64,000 bases of DNA, from contig OY970208.1 of assembly GCA_963713865.1 (NCBI GenBank), forward strand, positions 1,760,001-1,824,000, in the 5' to 3' direction. This document shows, piece after piece, positions 19,308 through 27,463 of this stretch. The notes under the pieces are model-generated. The model saw only the letters and a list, made by a program, of their open reading frames with translations. It made no database searches and was not told the DNA's origin. Numbering within the stretch: the first letter of the stretch is position 1; each line of letters opens with the position of its first letter. The position numbers and the translations under genes were made by a program. Source of the stretch: an uncultured candidate division Zixibacteria bacterium (GTDB lineage: Bacteria; Zixibacteria; MSB-5A5; RBG-16-43-9).

Positions 19308-19432
19308 TCAATCGTAGTTTCTGGCACTATTAAGGTTTGAACTCACCCCCATACCCTTCTCTTTAAAAGAGAGGGGGATTAAGGGGGTGAGTTTATCAGC
19401 GGTAGGTCAGGCGTTCAGGGCACTCGACCTGC
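19305..19432 (+). repeat. Array repeat with inserted AACTCACCCC...GGGGTGAGTT hairpin
   Basis: Shares the CTCTTxAAAAGAGAG hairpin with the 15.7 and 18.4 kb copies; ends GTAGGTCAGGCG...CGACCTGC. Confidence 0.75.
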
Positions 19433-19460
19433 GAGGCTTAATCATCAGGAAAGGATAAAT

Positions 19461-19739
19461 ATGAACATGATGCACGTTAACGGCAAGAACAAAGGGCATA
19501 TCGTCCTCTATACGCTGAGCACTTGCGGGTGGTGCAAGAAGACCAAACGTCTTCTCAACGAGATGGGGGTCGAATATTATTATCACGATGTCGACCTTCT
19601 GGAAGGCAAGAGTAAAGAAAAAACGCTGGAGGAGATAAGCCGCTGGAATCCCGCGTGTACTTTCCCCACCCTGGTGATTAACGATAAATGCATCGTTGGC
19701 TACCAGGAACAGGAGATCAAGGAGACGATTGGATTATGA
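19461..19739 (+). CDS. Glutaredoxin/NrdH-like redoxin
   Basis: CGWC active site; TFPTLVI. Confidence 0.9.
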   Translation: MNMMHVNGKNKGHIVLYTLSTCGWCKKTKRLLNEMGVEYYYHDVDLLEGKSKEKTLEEISRWNPACTFPTLVINDKCIVGYQEQEIKETIGL

Positions 19740-20248
19740 ATGATAAAATAGAAGTTACCGAAGAAGAAGTAGAAAAGCTATACAAAAGGCTGAATCGGGA
19801 AGCCGAGACATCCGGGTACCATCTCAATACGGATGCGGAACATATCAGGGAGCTTGTCAGGGGTTTGCTCGTAAACGAGAAAAGGTATGGATACTGGTCC
19901 TGTCCATGCAGGCTGGCGTCAGGAAGCAAAGAGGGAGACCTCGATATAATCTGCCCTTGCGATTATAGGGACCAGGACCTGAATGAGTACGGCACCTGCT
20001 ATTGTGCCCTTTACGTCTCACAGGCAGTTTTAAAAGGGGAGAAAAAGTTAGGGCCAATACCTGAAAGGCGTCCATTCTTAGATGAAAGGAAGAAAGCCCG
20101 TTTCAAGCCTAAGGTGGTAAACATCCCTTCCCTTGCCCTGCCGGTGTGGAGATGTAAGGTCTGCGGCTATTTATGTGCCAGAGAGGAGCCGCCAGAGGTA
20201 TGCCCTGTATGCAAGGCAAAAAAAGAACGTTTTGAGCAGTTCATGTAA
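19736..20248 (+). CDS. Ferredoxin:thioredoxin reductase catalytic domain fused to a rubredoxin-like domain
   Basis: CPC...CPC...CYC motifs plus CKVC...CPVC; ATG overlaps the redoxin stop. Confidence 0.9.
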   Translation: MNDKIEVTEEEVEKLYKRLNREAETSGYHLNTDAEHIRELVRGLLVNEKRYGYWSCPCRLASGSKEGDLDIICPCDYRDQDLNEYGTCYCALYVSQAVLKGEKKLGPIPERRPFLDERKKARFKPKVVNIPSLALPVWRCKVCGYLCAREEPPEVCPVCKAKKERFEQFM

Positions 20249-20310
20249 GTAATAGGTCAGGAGCTTTGAGCTCCCAGCCTATTCATTTGGCAGGTGTACA
20301 TAGAGTAACT
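20249..20310 (+). repeat. Array REPIN-like repeat
   Basis: GTAATAGGTCAGGAGCTTTGAGCTCC...CTATTCATTTGGCAGGTG directly after the stop codon. Confidence 0.75.
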
Positions 20311-20370
20311 GCTCGATGAGGATAATCTGTCAGTGTATTTAAGTATAGCCTTTTCCAGGAGGTGATTGAC

Positions 20371-20697
20371 ATGGCTTTCAAGGCAGTGTTTCTTGCTCAC
20401 GTTCCTGATGCGGACCCGGAGAAACATAGGTGCGTGATTGAAACCGGCATGTATAAGCTCTTCTCTGTTCTGGTGAAAAACCATAACCAGGCAATAGAGA
20501 TCTGCAAGCAACTGGTCAAAGAGGAAGGTATTCACTCAATCATCCTTTGTCCCGGAAACACACACAAAGATATTGCAGAGATATCAAAAGCAGTAGGCAG
20601 AGACGTCTCCGTCTCGGTGGCAAGAGGAGACAGTCCGAGCATGAGGACTGCTCAGAAAATAATGGAGAGGGAAGGATGGTTTTCAGGACGACCGTAA
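20371..20697 (+). CDS. Conserved hypothetical protein (DUF6506-like)
   Basis: AGGAGGTGA RBS; FLAHVPDADPEKHR and IILCPG; family assignment from memory. Confidence 0.65.
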   Translation: MAFKAVFLAHVPDADPEKHRCVIETGMYKLFSVLVKNHNQAIEICKQLVKEEGIHSIILCPGNTHKDIAEISKAVGRDVSVSVARGDSPSMRTAQKIMEREGWFSGRP

Positions 20698-20766
20698 GAA
20701 TAATGGGTCATGAGCCTGAGATTCTGACACTATTCGTTTGTTATGTGCGCAAGGCACCCGAATTAC
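20698..20766 (+). repeat. Array REPIN-like repeat (degenerate, full length)
   Basis: GGGTCATGAGC...TTCTGACACTATTCGTTTGTTATGTGCGCAAGGCACCCGAATTAC. Confidence 0.7.
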
Positions 20767-20790
20767 GAGTCTATAATGGGAAGCGAAAAT

Positions 20791-21786
20791 ATGTTTGCCA
20801 TTGAAGTGCAAGGGCTTGTTAAGATTTACGATACCATACTAAGGGCTCTGGATGGGGTCGATTTATCCGTCAAGACCGGCGATGTCTTCGCGCTGTTAGG
20901 TCCCAATGGAGCTGGCAAAACCACGCTTATCCGAATCCTGACCACCCAGCTTAGACCCTCGGCGGGCAAGGCGTCTATTTTTGGACTGGATGTTGTGAAG
21001 CGGGATGCTGAGATCCGAAAAGTAATGAGCTACGTGCCCCAGGAGATGAGCGTGTGGACGGATATCAGCGGTTTTGAGAATCTGCTGATCTATTCCAAGA
21101 TTTATGGCCTACCTTCCGGCCAGAGGAAGAAAGTGGTCCAAGAGGCTCTGGAAAGCATGGGCTTAAATGAAGTGGCGAACTTACTGGTCCGAACCTATTC
21201 CGGGGGCATGATCCGCAGGCTCGAGGTCGCCTGTGCGCTGTTGATCAAGCCCAAAATGATGTTTTTAGACGAGCCGACCATCGGCCTGGACCCCGCAGCC
21301 CGGAAAGCCGTGTGGGAGAAGATCCTGTCCTTCAAGAATGAGATCGGGACTACTGTGTTTTTCAATACCCATTACATGGACGAGGCAGATCTTTACTCCG
21401 ACGGGATCGCAATCATCGACCGGGGCAAAATCGTAACCTCCGGTACCGCTGCCGAGCTTAAGGGTTCTATCCGCCGGGATGTGATCCATATCAGTGCAGG
21501 GGAGGGGAGCCTGGGGGAGGGGATTATAAGTAAAATTCGGGGTTTGGGCTTTGTCAACGACGTGATGGTCAATAGCTCTGAACTTACAATCATGGTCGGA
21601 GATGCCGAGACAGCGCTGCCTGGTATCCTCGAAGCTTTGCGAATCGATAACGTCGTCGTGAAAAAGATATCGGCCACGAAACCGACTTTGGACGACGTGT
21701 TTTTAAAATATGCCGGAACTACATTTTTACCCATTGCTGGTACCAGCGATGTCAGGCAGGTCCGGCGCAGGATAAAGAGAGGATGA
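20791..21786 (+). CDS. ABC exporter ATP-binding protein (DrrA-like)
   Basis: GPNGAGKT, YSGGM, FLDEPT; the upstream ORF extension lies inside a repeat. Confidence 0.92.
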   Translation: MFAIEVQGLVKIYDTILRALDGVDLSVKTGDVFALLGPNGAGKTTLIRILTTQLRPSAGKASIFGLDVVKRDAEIRKVMSYVPQEMSVWTDISGFENLLIYSKIYGLPSGQRKKVVQEALESMGLNEVANLLVRTYSGGMIRRLEVACALLIKPKMMFLDEPTIGLDPAARKAVWEKILSFKNEIGTTVFFNTHYMDEADLYSDGIAIIDRGKIVTSGTAAELKGSIRRDVIHISAGEGSLGEGIISKIRGLGFVNDVMVNSSELTIMVGDAETALPGILEALRIDNVVVKKISATKPTLDDVFLKYAGTTFLPIAGTSDVRQVRRRIKRG

Positions 21787-21790
21787 GCAT

Positions 21791-22561
21791 ATGATGATCA
21801 AGGATTCGATTAGAGAAATGTTTGCGATGATGGAGCTTGAGCTCCGCAGGATCAGGCACGACCGGACAGAGATTTACACCCGGGCCATTCAGCCGATCCT
21901 CTGGCTGGTGGTCTACGGGACGATTATGAGCAGCGTTCGGGCTATTCCGACCAGCGGGATACCGTACTTGGATTACATCACCCCGGGTGTGCTGCTACAG
22001 TCGACAGTCTTCGTCTCGGTCTTCTACGGCTTGACGATCGTATGGGAAAGGGAAACGGGTATTCTGAAGAAGTTGCTTACGGCGCCCGTCCCAAGGTATG
22101 CTACGGTAATCGGTAAGTGCATCGCTTCGGGAGTCCGGGCTGTTTTTCAAGCTCTGATCATCGTACCGGTGGCGATGCTGATCGGAGTGAGATTCGTCCT
22201 CAATCCATTGTACCTTTTTACGGCACTACTTCTCCTGTTTTTGATTTCGGGTGGGTTTGCTGCCATCTCCATCCTGGTAGCGTCTTTCATGAAGACCCGG
22301 GAGCGGTTTATGGGAATCGGCCAGGCCCTGATCATGCCCCTGTTCTTCAGCAGCAGCGCGTTGTACCCGGTCAAAATGATGCCACCGCTTTTGCAAACCA
22401 TCGCTATCCTCAACCCCTTGACGTATGCTGTGGATGCGGTGAGGGGCCTGTCGATCACCGGAGACGTAAGCCATCTCCTCAGGGACAGCGCTGCCCTGGT
22501 TATATTCGATGTTGTTATGTTCATCGTCGCTTCGATCAGCTTCAGGAAAATCATCGAATGA
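21791..22561 (+). CDS. ABC-2 type permease (DrrB-like)
   Basis: WERETGILKKLL, LNPLTYAVDAVR, six TM segments. Confidence 0.92.
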   Translation: MMIKDSIREMFAMMELELRRIRHDRTEIYTRAIQPILWLVVYGTIMSSVRAIPTSGIPYLDYITPGVLLQSTVFVSVFYGLTIVWERETGILKKLLTAPVPRYATVIGKCIASGVRAVFQALIIVPVAMLIGVRFVLNPLYLFTALLLLFLISGGFAAISILVASFMKTRERFMGIGQALIMPLFFSSSALYPVKMMPPLLQTIAILNPLTYAVDAVRGLSITGDVSHLLRDSAALVIFDVVMFIVASISFRKIIE

Positions 22562-22630
22562 GAGCAGTAGATAAGGATTCCATACCCCTTCAACTATTCA
22601 TTTATGAGGTGCGTAACACCATTAATCTAC
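22562..22630 (+). repeat. Array REPIN-like repeat (degenerate)
   Basis: GCAGTAGATAAGGA...AACTATTCATTTATGAGGTGC...AATCTAC directly after the stop codon. Confidence 0.6.
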
Positions 22631-22664
22631 GAGGCTGGTCAGTAACAGGAAGCGGTTAACAACG

Positions 22665-23330
22665 ATGGAAAATGTGCTTGTTTCATGGAGCGGTGGAAAG
22701 GACGGTGCTTTTGCACTCTATGAAATTCTTGAGGGTCAAAAGTACCGAATCGCTGCTCTGCTCACAACCGTGACCGAAGATTATGACCGCATCAGTATGC
22801 ACGGTGTCCAGCGCATTTTGCTCGAACGACAAGTTGATTCTTTGGGTTTTCCCCTTGAAGAAGTGTTCATTTCAAAGAATGCGTCTAACGAAGAGTATGA
22901 ATCGAAAATGGTGCGGGTGCTTACGCGCTATAAGGAAGCAGGAGTTACTTCAGTTGTTTTTGGAGACATCTTCCTGGAAGACTTAAGAGAATATCGGGAA
23001 AGTAACCTTGCAAAGATAGGGATGAAAGGTATCTTTCCCTTATGGAAAAAAGACACTCGGGAATTAGCCCATTCTCTCATACTACTAGGCTTCAAAGCAG
23101 TTACCACTTGCGTTGACACCAATGCTCTGGACAGGGGATTTGTTGGTAAAGTGATTGATGAGCAATTTTTGTCTGAACTGCCTGTGATGGTTGACCCGTG
23201 CGGCGAAAATGGCGAGTATCACTCTTTTGTCTACGATGGACCGATTTTCAAAAAGAGAATATCCTATACGCCTGGGGGAATTGTCTTAAGGGAAAACCGC
23301 TTTTGCTATTGTGATTTGATCCCGGAATAG
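22665..23330 (+). CDS. PP-loop ATPase, diphthine-ammonia ligase/MJ0570-like family
   Basis: SWSGGKD, FGDIFLED, DPCGENGEYHSFVYDGP. Confidence 0.9.
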   Translation: MENVLVSWSGGKDGAFALYEILEGQKYRIAALLTTVTEDYDRISMHGVQRILLERQVDSLGFPLEEVFISKNASNEEYESKMVRVLTRYKEAGVTSVVFGDIFLEDLREYRESNLAKIGMKGIFPLWKKDTRELAHSLILLGFKAVTTCVDTNALDRGFVGKVIDEQFLSELPVMVDPCGENGEYHSFVYDGPIFKKRISYTPGGIVLRENRFCYCDLIPE

Positions 23331-23418
23331 GGAGCAGTAGCAGGGGTATTATAGGATAGATATAAACAGTGTCAGCCCCAGGGAAAAAGAACTCGTATAA
23401 GTTGATATAAGAGAATTT

Positions 23419-24624
23419 GTGATCAAACCGTATCCTCTATCGACTGAGAAAACAGACGTTATCATCATTGGAGCTGGCGCGTCAGGGCTAATGTGCTCAA
23501 TCGAAGCTGGCAAGCGTCACCGTAAGGTGCTCGTTTTTGATCATGCAAAAAAGCCGGGGCAAAAAATTTTGATGTCCGGCGGCGGGCGCTGCAATTTTAC
23601 GAATTACCATATAAATGCCGACAACTATATTTCCCATAATCTACATTTCTGCAAGTCAGCACTCAGCCGCTACACTCAATGGGATTTTTTGACATTGGTG
23701 CAGAAGCATCATATCGCCTTTAGTGAGAAAGCCCATGGACAACTCTTCTGTGATGGCAGCTCCCGTGACATTCTGAACATGCTGTTATCCGAGTGCGAAC
23801 AGGCGGGGGTCTCTTTTCAGGTAAATTCGAAAATTGAAAAGATCGAACGGCTGGGTGAGCATCATTTCAAAGTATACAGCAGTCGGGGCAATTATACCTG
23901 CCAGTCGTTGGTCGTTGCTACGGGTGGACTATCCATGCCGGCGATAGGCGCAAGTCCTTTGGGGTATGAAATTGCCGAGCTGTTTCATATCAAGGTGTGG
24001 CCGCTACGTGCCGGTTTAGTTCCCTTCACTCTTCATCCGAAGGATAAAGAAAAACTATCAACCTTATCTGGTATTGCGGTTGATGCCGTGGTCAGTAATA
24101 AACGGCAAAGTTTTTATGATAACATCTTGTTTACGCACCGGGGTTTGAGCGGTTCTGCCATCCTGCAAATGTCATCATATTGGCAACCCAGCGAGGAGCT
24201 TACCATAAATCTGTTACCAGAGATTGATCTGGTCAATGTACTGAAAGAACAGCAGCAACAGCACCCGCAGCGGAAGGTGAAATCAGTGTTGGCGGAATAT
24301 TTACCTAAACGTCTTGTGGCGATAATGATAATGAGTGATCTTGCAGAAAGCCCATTACGGAAAATCTCTCATCACCAATTTAAGGAAATTTCAGCGCAGT
24401 TCCAGCAATGGACCATCAAACCAGGCGGCACCGAGGGTTACCGAACCGCGGAGGTGACTTTGGGGGGAGTAGATTGTAATGCGATTTCATCCAAAACCAT
24501 GGAAACTCATCCGGTGGCAGGGCTGTTTTTTACTGGTGAAGTACTGGATGTGAGTGGTTGGCTGGGTGGTTATAATCTCCAATGGGCATGGTCATCGGGC
24601 TGGTGTGCTGGACAGTATGTTTAG
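23419..24624 (+). CDS. HI0933/BaiN (YhiN-like) flavoprotein
   Basis: GAGASG, KILMSGGGRCNFTN, LFTHRGLSG, GGYNLQWAWSSG. Confidence 0.93.
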   Translation: MIKPYPLSTEKTDVIIIGAGASGLMCSIEAGKRHRKVLVFDHAKKPGQKILMSGGGRCNFTNYHINADNYISHNLHFCKSALSRYTQWDFLTLVQKHHIAFSEKAHGQLFCDGSSRDILNMLLSECEQAGVSFQVNSKIEKIERLGEHHFKVYSSRGNYTCQSLVVATGGLSMPAIGASPLGYEIAELFHIKVWPLRAGLVPFTLHPKDKEKLSTLSGIAVDAVVSNKRQSFYDNILFTHRGLSGSAILQMSSYWQPSEELTINLLPEIDLVNVLKEQQQQHPQRKVKSVLAEYLPKRLVAIMIMSDLAESPLRKISHHQFKEISAQFQQWTIKPGGTEGYRTAEVTLGGVDCNAISSKTMETHPVAGLFFTGEVLDVSGWLGGYNLQWAWSSGWCAGQYV

Positions 24625-24672
24625 CGCATTAGGGTAAATACGTTGTTTCTTATCTTCATGGAGGATTAAAAG

Positions 24673-25311
24673 ATGGTAAAGAGCAATCTAAATATCGCAC
24701 GTATTTTCTGTATCGGTCGGAATTATGTTAATCACGTTCAGGAGATGAAAAATATTATACCGACCAAACCGGTTATTTTTATCAAACCAGCATCATGTCT
24801 TGTCGGACCAGGTGAAAAAATTCATTTCCCCAAACATGGAACCCAGCTTCACCACGAGGTTGAGATAGTGGTGCAAGTCGGTAGCGAGGGAAGGGTAGTG
24901 AGGGAAGAAGAGGCGCTTTCCTTTATCTGTTCTATTACCGTTGGTCTGGATTTGACCCTTCGGGATATTCAAGAAGACCTGAAGAAAAAGGGCTTACCGT
25001 GGGAAATTGCCAAGGCTTTTGAACAAAGCGCTCCCATAGGTAATTTCGTCCCGTATGATCAGTCAGTTGACTTGAAAAATATCTTATTTGGATGCAAGGT
25101 CAACGGAATAGAGAGACAGAGAGGAAATACCGGTGAGATGATATTCAGCATCGGGAAACTTTTGGTAGAATTGAGTAAGATCTGGATGCTTCACCCTGGA
25201 GACTTGATATATACGGGCACTCCCTCAGGAGTCGGTCCGCTCAAGATAGGGGATTCGATTGAAATTGAAAGTGACCTAACTGGATCATTCTCGTGGAGCA
25301 TTATTGAGTGA
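24673..25311 (+). CDS. Fumarylacetoacetate hydrolase family protein
   Basis: CIGRNY, HHEVE, DLTLRD, PGDLIYTGTPSGVG. Confidence 0.93.
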   Translation: MVKSNLNIARIFCIGRNYVNHVQEMKNIIPTKPVIFIKPASCLVGPGEKIHFPKHGTQLHHEVEIVVQVGSEGRVVREEEALSFICSITVGLDLTLRDIQEDLKKKGLPWEIAKAFEQSAPIGNFVPYDQSVDLKNILFGCKVNGIERQRGNTGEMIFSIGKLLVELSKIWMLHPGDLIYTGTPSGVGPLKIGDSIEIESDLTGSFSWSIIE

Positions 25312-25320
25312 GATAGAATT

Positions 25321-25367
25321 AGTAGAAAGTAGACAGTAGGACAGGTGGGTAGGGTACCTGACCTACT
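25321..25367 (+). repeat. Array repeat, contracted single-hairpin form
   Basis: AGTAGGACAGGT...ACCTGACCTACT. Confidence 0.75.
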
Positions 25368-25404
25368 TATTCGACAACCAGATAATCAATAGATAACTAA
25401 AATA

Positions 25405-25869
25405 ATGAAGAACATGTCAAATGATATTACGATTAATCCGGCAACAGAAGCTGACTTACCATCAATCAAACCATTACTCCTGGAATTGATGGATGCAATG
25501 GACAACACCGAAGGTTTTGACGTAGAACAATCATTGGAGAACTGCCGTACCCTGATCAAAGATCATGCTCATTATATGCTTTTGGCAAAAGATAAGGATA
25601 AGGTAGCAGGATTGGTAAACTTCACGACGAGAAAAACGATAATGCATTCAGGTCCATCAGGACTTATAGATGAGTTGATTGTTTCCAGAAGTCATCGAGG
25701 TCTGGGAATTGGAAAACAACTGATCTTAGCTGCTATCCAAAAATGTCGAGAGCTTGACTGTTGTGAAGTCGAAGTCAGCACAGAAAAAAGCAATACAAAG
25801 GCAAGAGAGTTCTACCAGAGATGTGGTTTTGAAGAGGATGCGGTCTTGCTGGAAATAGATTTAAAGTAG
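25405..25869 (+). CDS. GNAT family N-acetyltransferase
   Basis: HRGLGIGKQLI motif A; N..AREFY..CGF. Confidence 0.9.
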   Translation: MKNMSNDITINPATEADLPSIKPLLLELMDAMDNTEGFDVEQSLENCRTLIKDHAHYMLLAKDKDKVAGLVNFTTRKTIMHSGPSGLIDELIVSRSHRGLGIGKQLILAAIQKCRELDCCEVEVSTEKSNTKAREFYQRCGFEEDAVLLEIDLK

Positions 25870-25935
25870 TAGTAGATCAGGAATCCCATTTCCTGAAACT
25901 AATTATTTGTCAGGTGCACTGGGCACCTGACCTAC
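25866..25935 (+). repeat. Array REPIN-like repeat, best-preserved copy
   Basis: GTAGATCAGGAA-TCCCAT-TTCCTGAAACTAATTATTTGTCAGGTGC-ACTGG-GCACCTGACCTAC overlapping the GNAT stop. Confidence 0.85.
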
Positions 25936-25964
25936 AGGGCTGAAATTGCTTGACTGAGAGAAAC

Positions 25965-26446
25965 ATGAAAGAAAAAAAGGAGAGCATCCATTTGGTGATG
26001 CTGGACAGTTGATATTGCTTGGGCTGTTTCTAATTATCTGGGTGGCGGATTCGTTTATCCTGCGAAAATCAACGTTTCTGTCGAATTACTTGCCGCCTTA
26101 TGTTCGTTTAGTCGTTTTGGGCATTACACTTATTATAGCTGTGTTTCTTTTCAGGTCAGGTCATGTTGTCGTCAGTCAAGAGCAAAGGCCAAACAGGGTA
26201 GTAGTAAACGGAGCGTTTAGGTACGTAAGACACCCTTTGTACTTAGCCAGCATATTAGTTTACCTCGGACTGGCCGTCTCTACTGCTTCACTTTTCTCTT
26301 TTATGTTACTTGTTGGGATATGGATTTTCCACAATTACATTGCAAGCTATGAAGAGAAACTGCTGGAGGCAAAGTTTGGAGAGGAATACCGGAGGTATAA
26401 AAAGCGAACAGGGAAATGGATGCCAAGAATCGGCAGAGTGCGTTAA
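25965..26446 (+). CDS. Isoprenylcysteine carboxyl methyltransferase (Ste14/ICMT) family protein; needs a -1 frameshift near the start
   Basis: YVRHPLY and EE..L...FGEEY..Y motifs; ATG 25965 is out of frame by one base in the A7 run at 25972-25978. Confidence 0.8.
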
Positions 26447-26483
26447 GTAGTAGACCCGTAATCCTGTGCTCCTGACAATATTC
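26447..26483 (+). repeat. Array repeat, left half
   Basis: GTAGTAGACCCGTAATCCTGTGCTCCTGACAATATTC directly after the stop codon. Confidence 0.6.
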
Positions 26484-26486
26484 CTT

Positions 26487-27269
26487 ATGAAAAACCTGAG
26501 AACATACGGAAAAACGCCCTTTAACGTCGCTGTGATTCACGGTGGTCCAGGTGCAGCTGGTGAGATGGCTCCAGTAGCGCGTGAACTCGCATCCAGCCGG
26601 GGTATTTTGGAACCGCTTCAAACTGCAGTATCGCTCGAAGGACAAGTCGAAGAGTTAAAAACTGTTCTGGAAAAGAAGGGGGACCTTCCCATTATATTGA
26701 TCGGCTTTTCCTGGGGAGCTTGGCTCAGTTTTATATTTGCTGCTAATTATCCTGCATTCGTAAATAAACTGATACTCATCGGAAGCGGTCCCTATGAAGA
26801 AAAATATGCTGCAAAAATTTTAGAGACCAGGTTGAACCGCCTCAGTGAGGAGGATAGAACAGAGGTCAAATCTATCCTTGAAGTTTTAGACAATCCTGAA
26901 GCTGAGGACAAAGGTAAGGCATTTGCGCGGTTCGGAGCATTATTCTCAGAAGCCGATACGTATGATCCAATAATGTCCGAATCTGTAGTAATTGATTGCC
27001 GGGTTGATATTTTTCAAAGCGTGTGGAAGGATGCCGGGGAACTGAGAAGGAGCGGGAAGCTTCTGGAACTTGGGAAACATATCAAATGTCCGGTGGTTGC
27101 GATCCACGGCGACTACGATCCCCACCCGGCTGAAGGAGTCCAAAAGCCCTTGTCTGTCATTCTAAAGAACTTCCGATTTATCCTGCTTACAAACTGTGGG
27201 CACAAACCCTGGATTGAACGGAAAGCGAGGGGAGAGTTTTTTCGAATCCTCGAAGAGGAATTGCATTAA
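26487..27269 (+). CDS. Alpha/beta hydrolase
   Basis: HGGPG, GFSWG nucleophile elbow, HGDYD, CGH. Confidence 0.9.
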   Translation: MKNLRTYGKTPFNVAVIHGGPGAAGEMAPVARELASSRGILEPLQTAVSLEGQVEELKTVLEKKGDLPIILIGFSWGAWLSFIFAANYPAFVNKLILIGSGPYEEKYAAKILETRLNRLSEEDRTEVKSILEVLDNPEAEDKGKAFARFGALFSEADTYDPIMSESVVIDCRVDIFQSVWKDAGELRRSGKLLELGKHIKCPVVAIHGDYDPHPAEGVQKPLSVILKNFRFILLTNCGHKPWIERKARGEFFRILEEELH

Positions 27270-27463
27270 TGAATGCGCGGGGCACTGTGAGGACGGAATC
27301 AAGTTTCGCAGATCAACAAGGGTAATTCAGGAATTACCCCTGCTCTATTCTGCTATAATCTATCTTTTATATGCATCCCCTAAAACAATTTTCCTTGACA
27401 GTTTTGAAATATAAGATTATTTAAGAAGTGAAGACAATTAATAGTTATCCTCATAGATTGAAA

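Noticed and set aside
14344-27300. Prophage, ICE or complete integron
   Set aside because: No integrase, transposase, phage or conjugation genes, and only one attC-like site.
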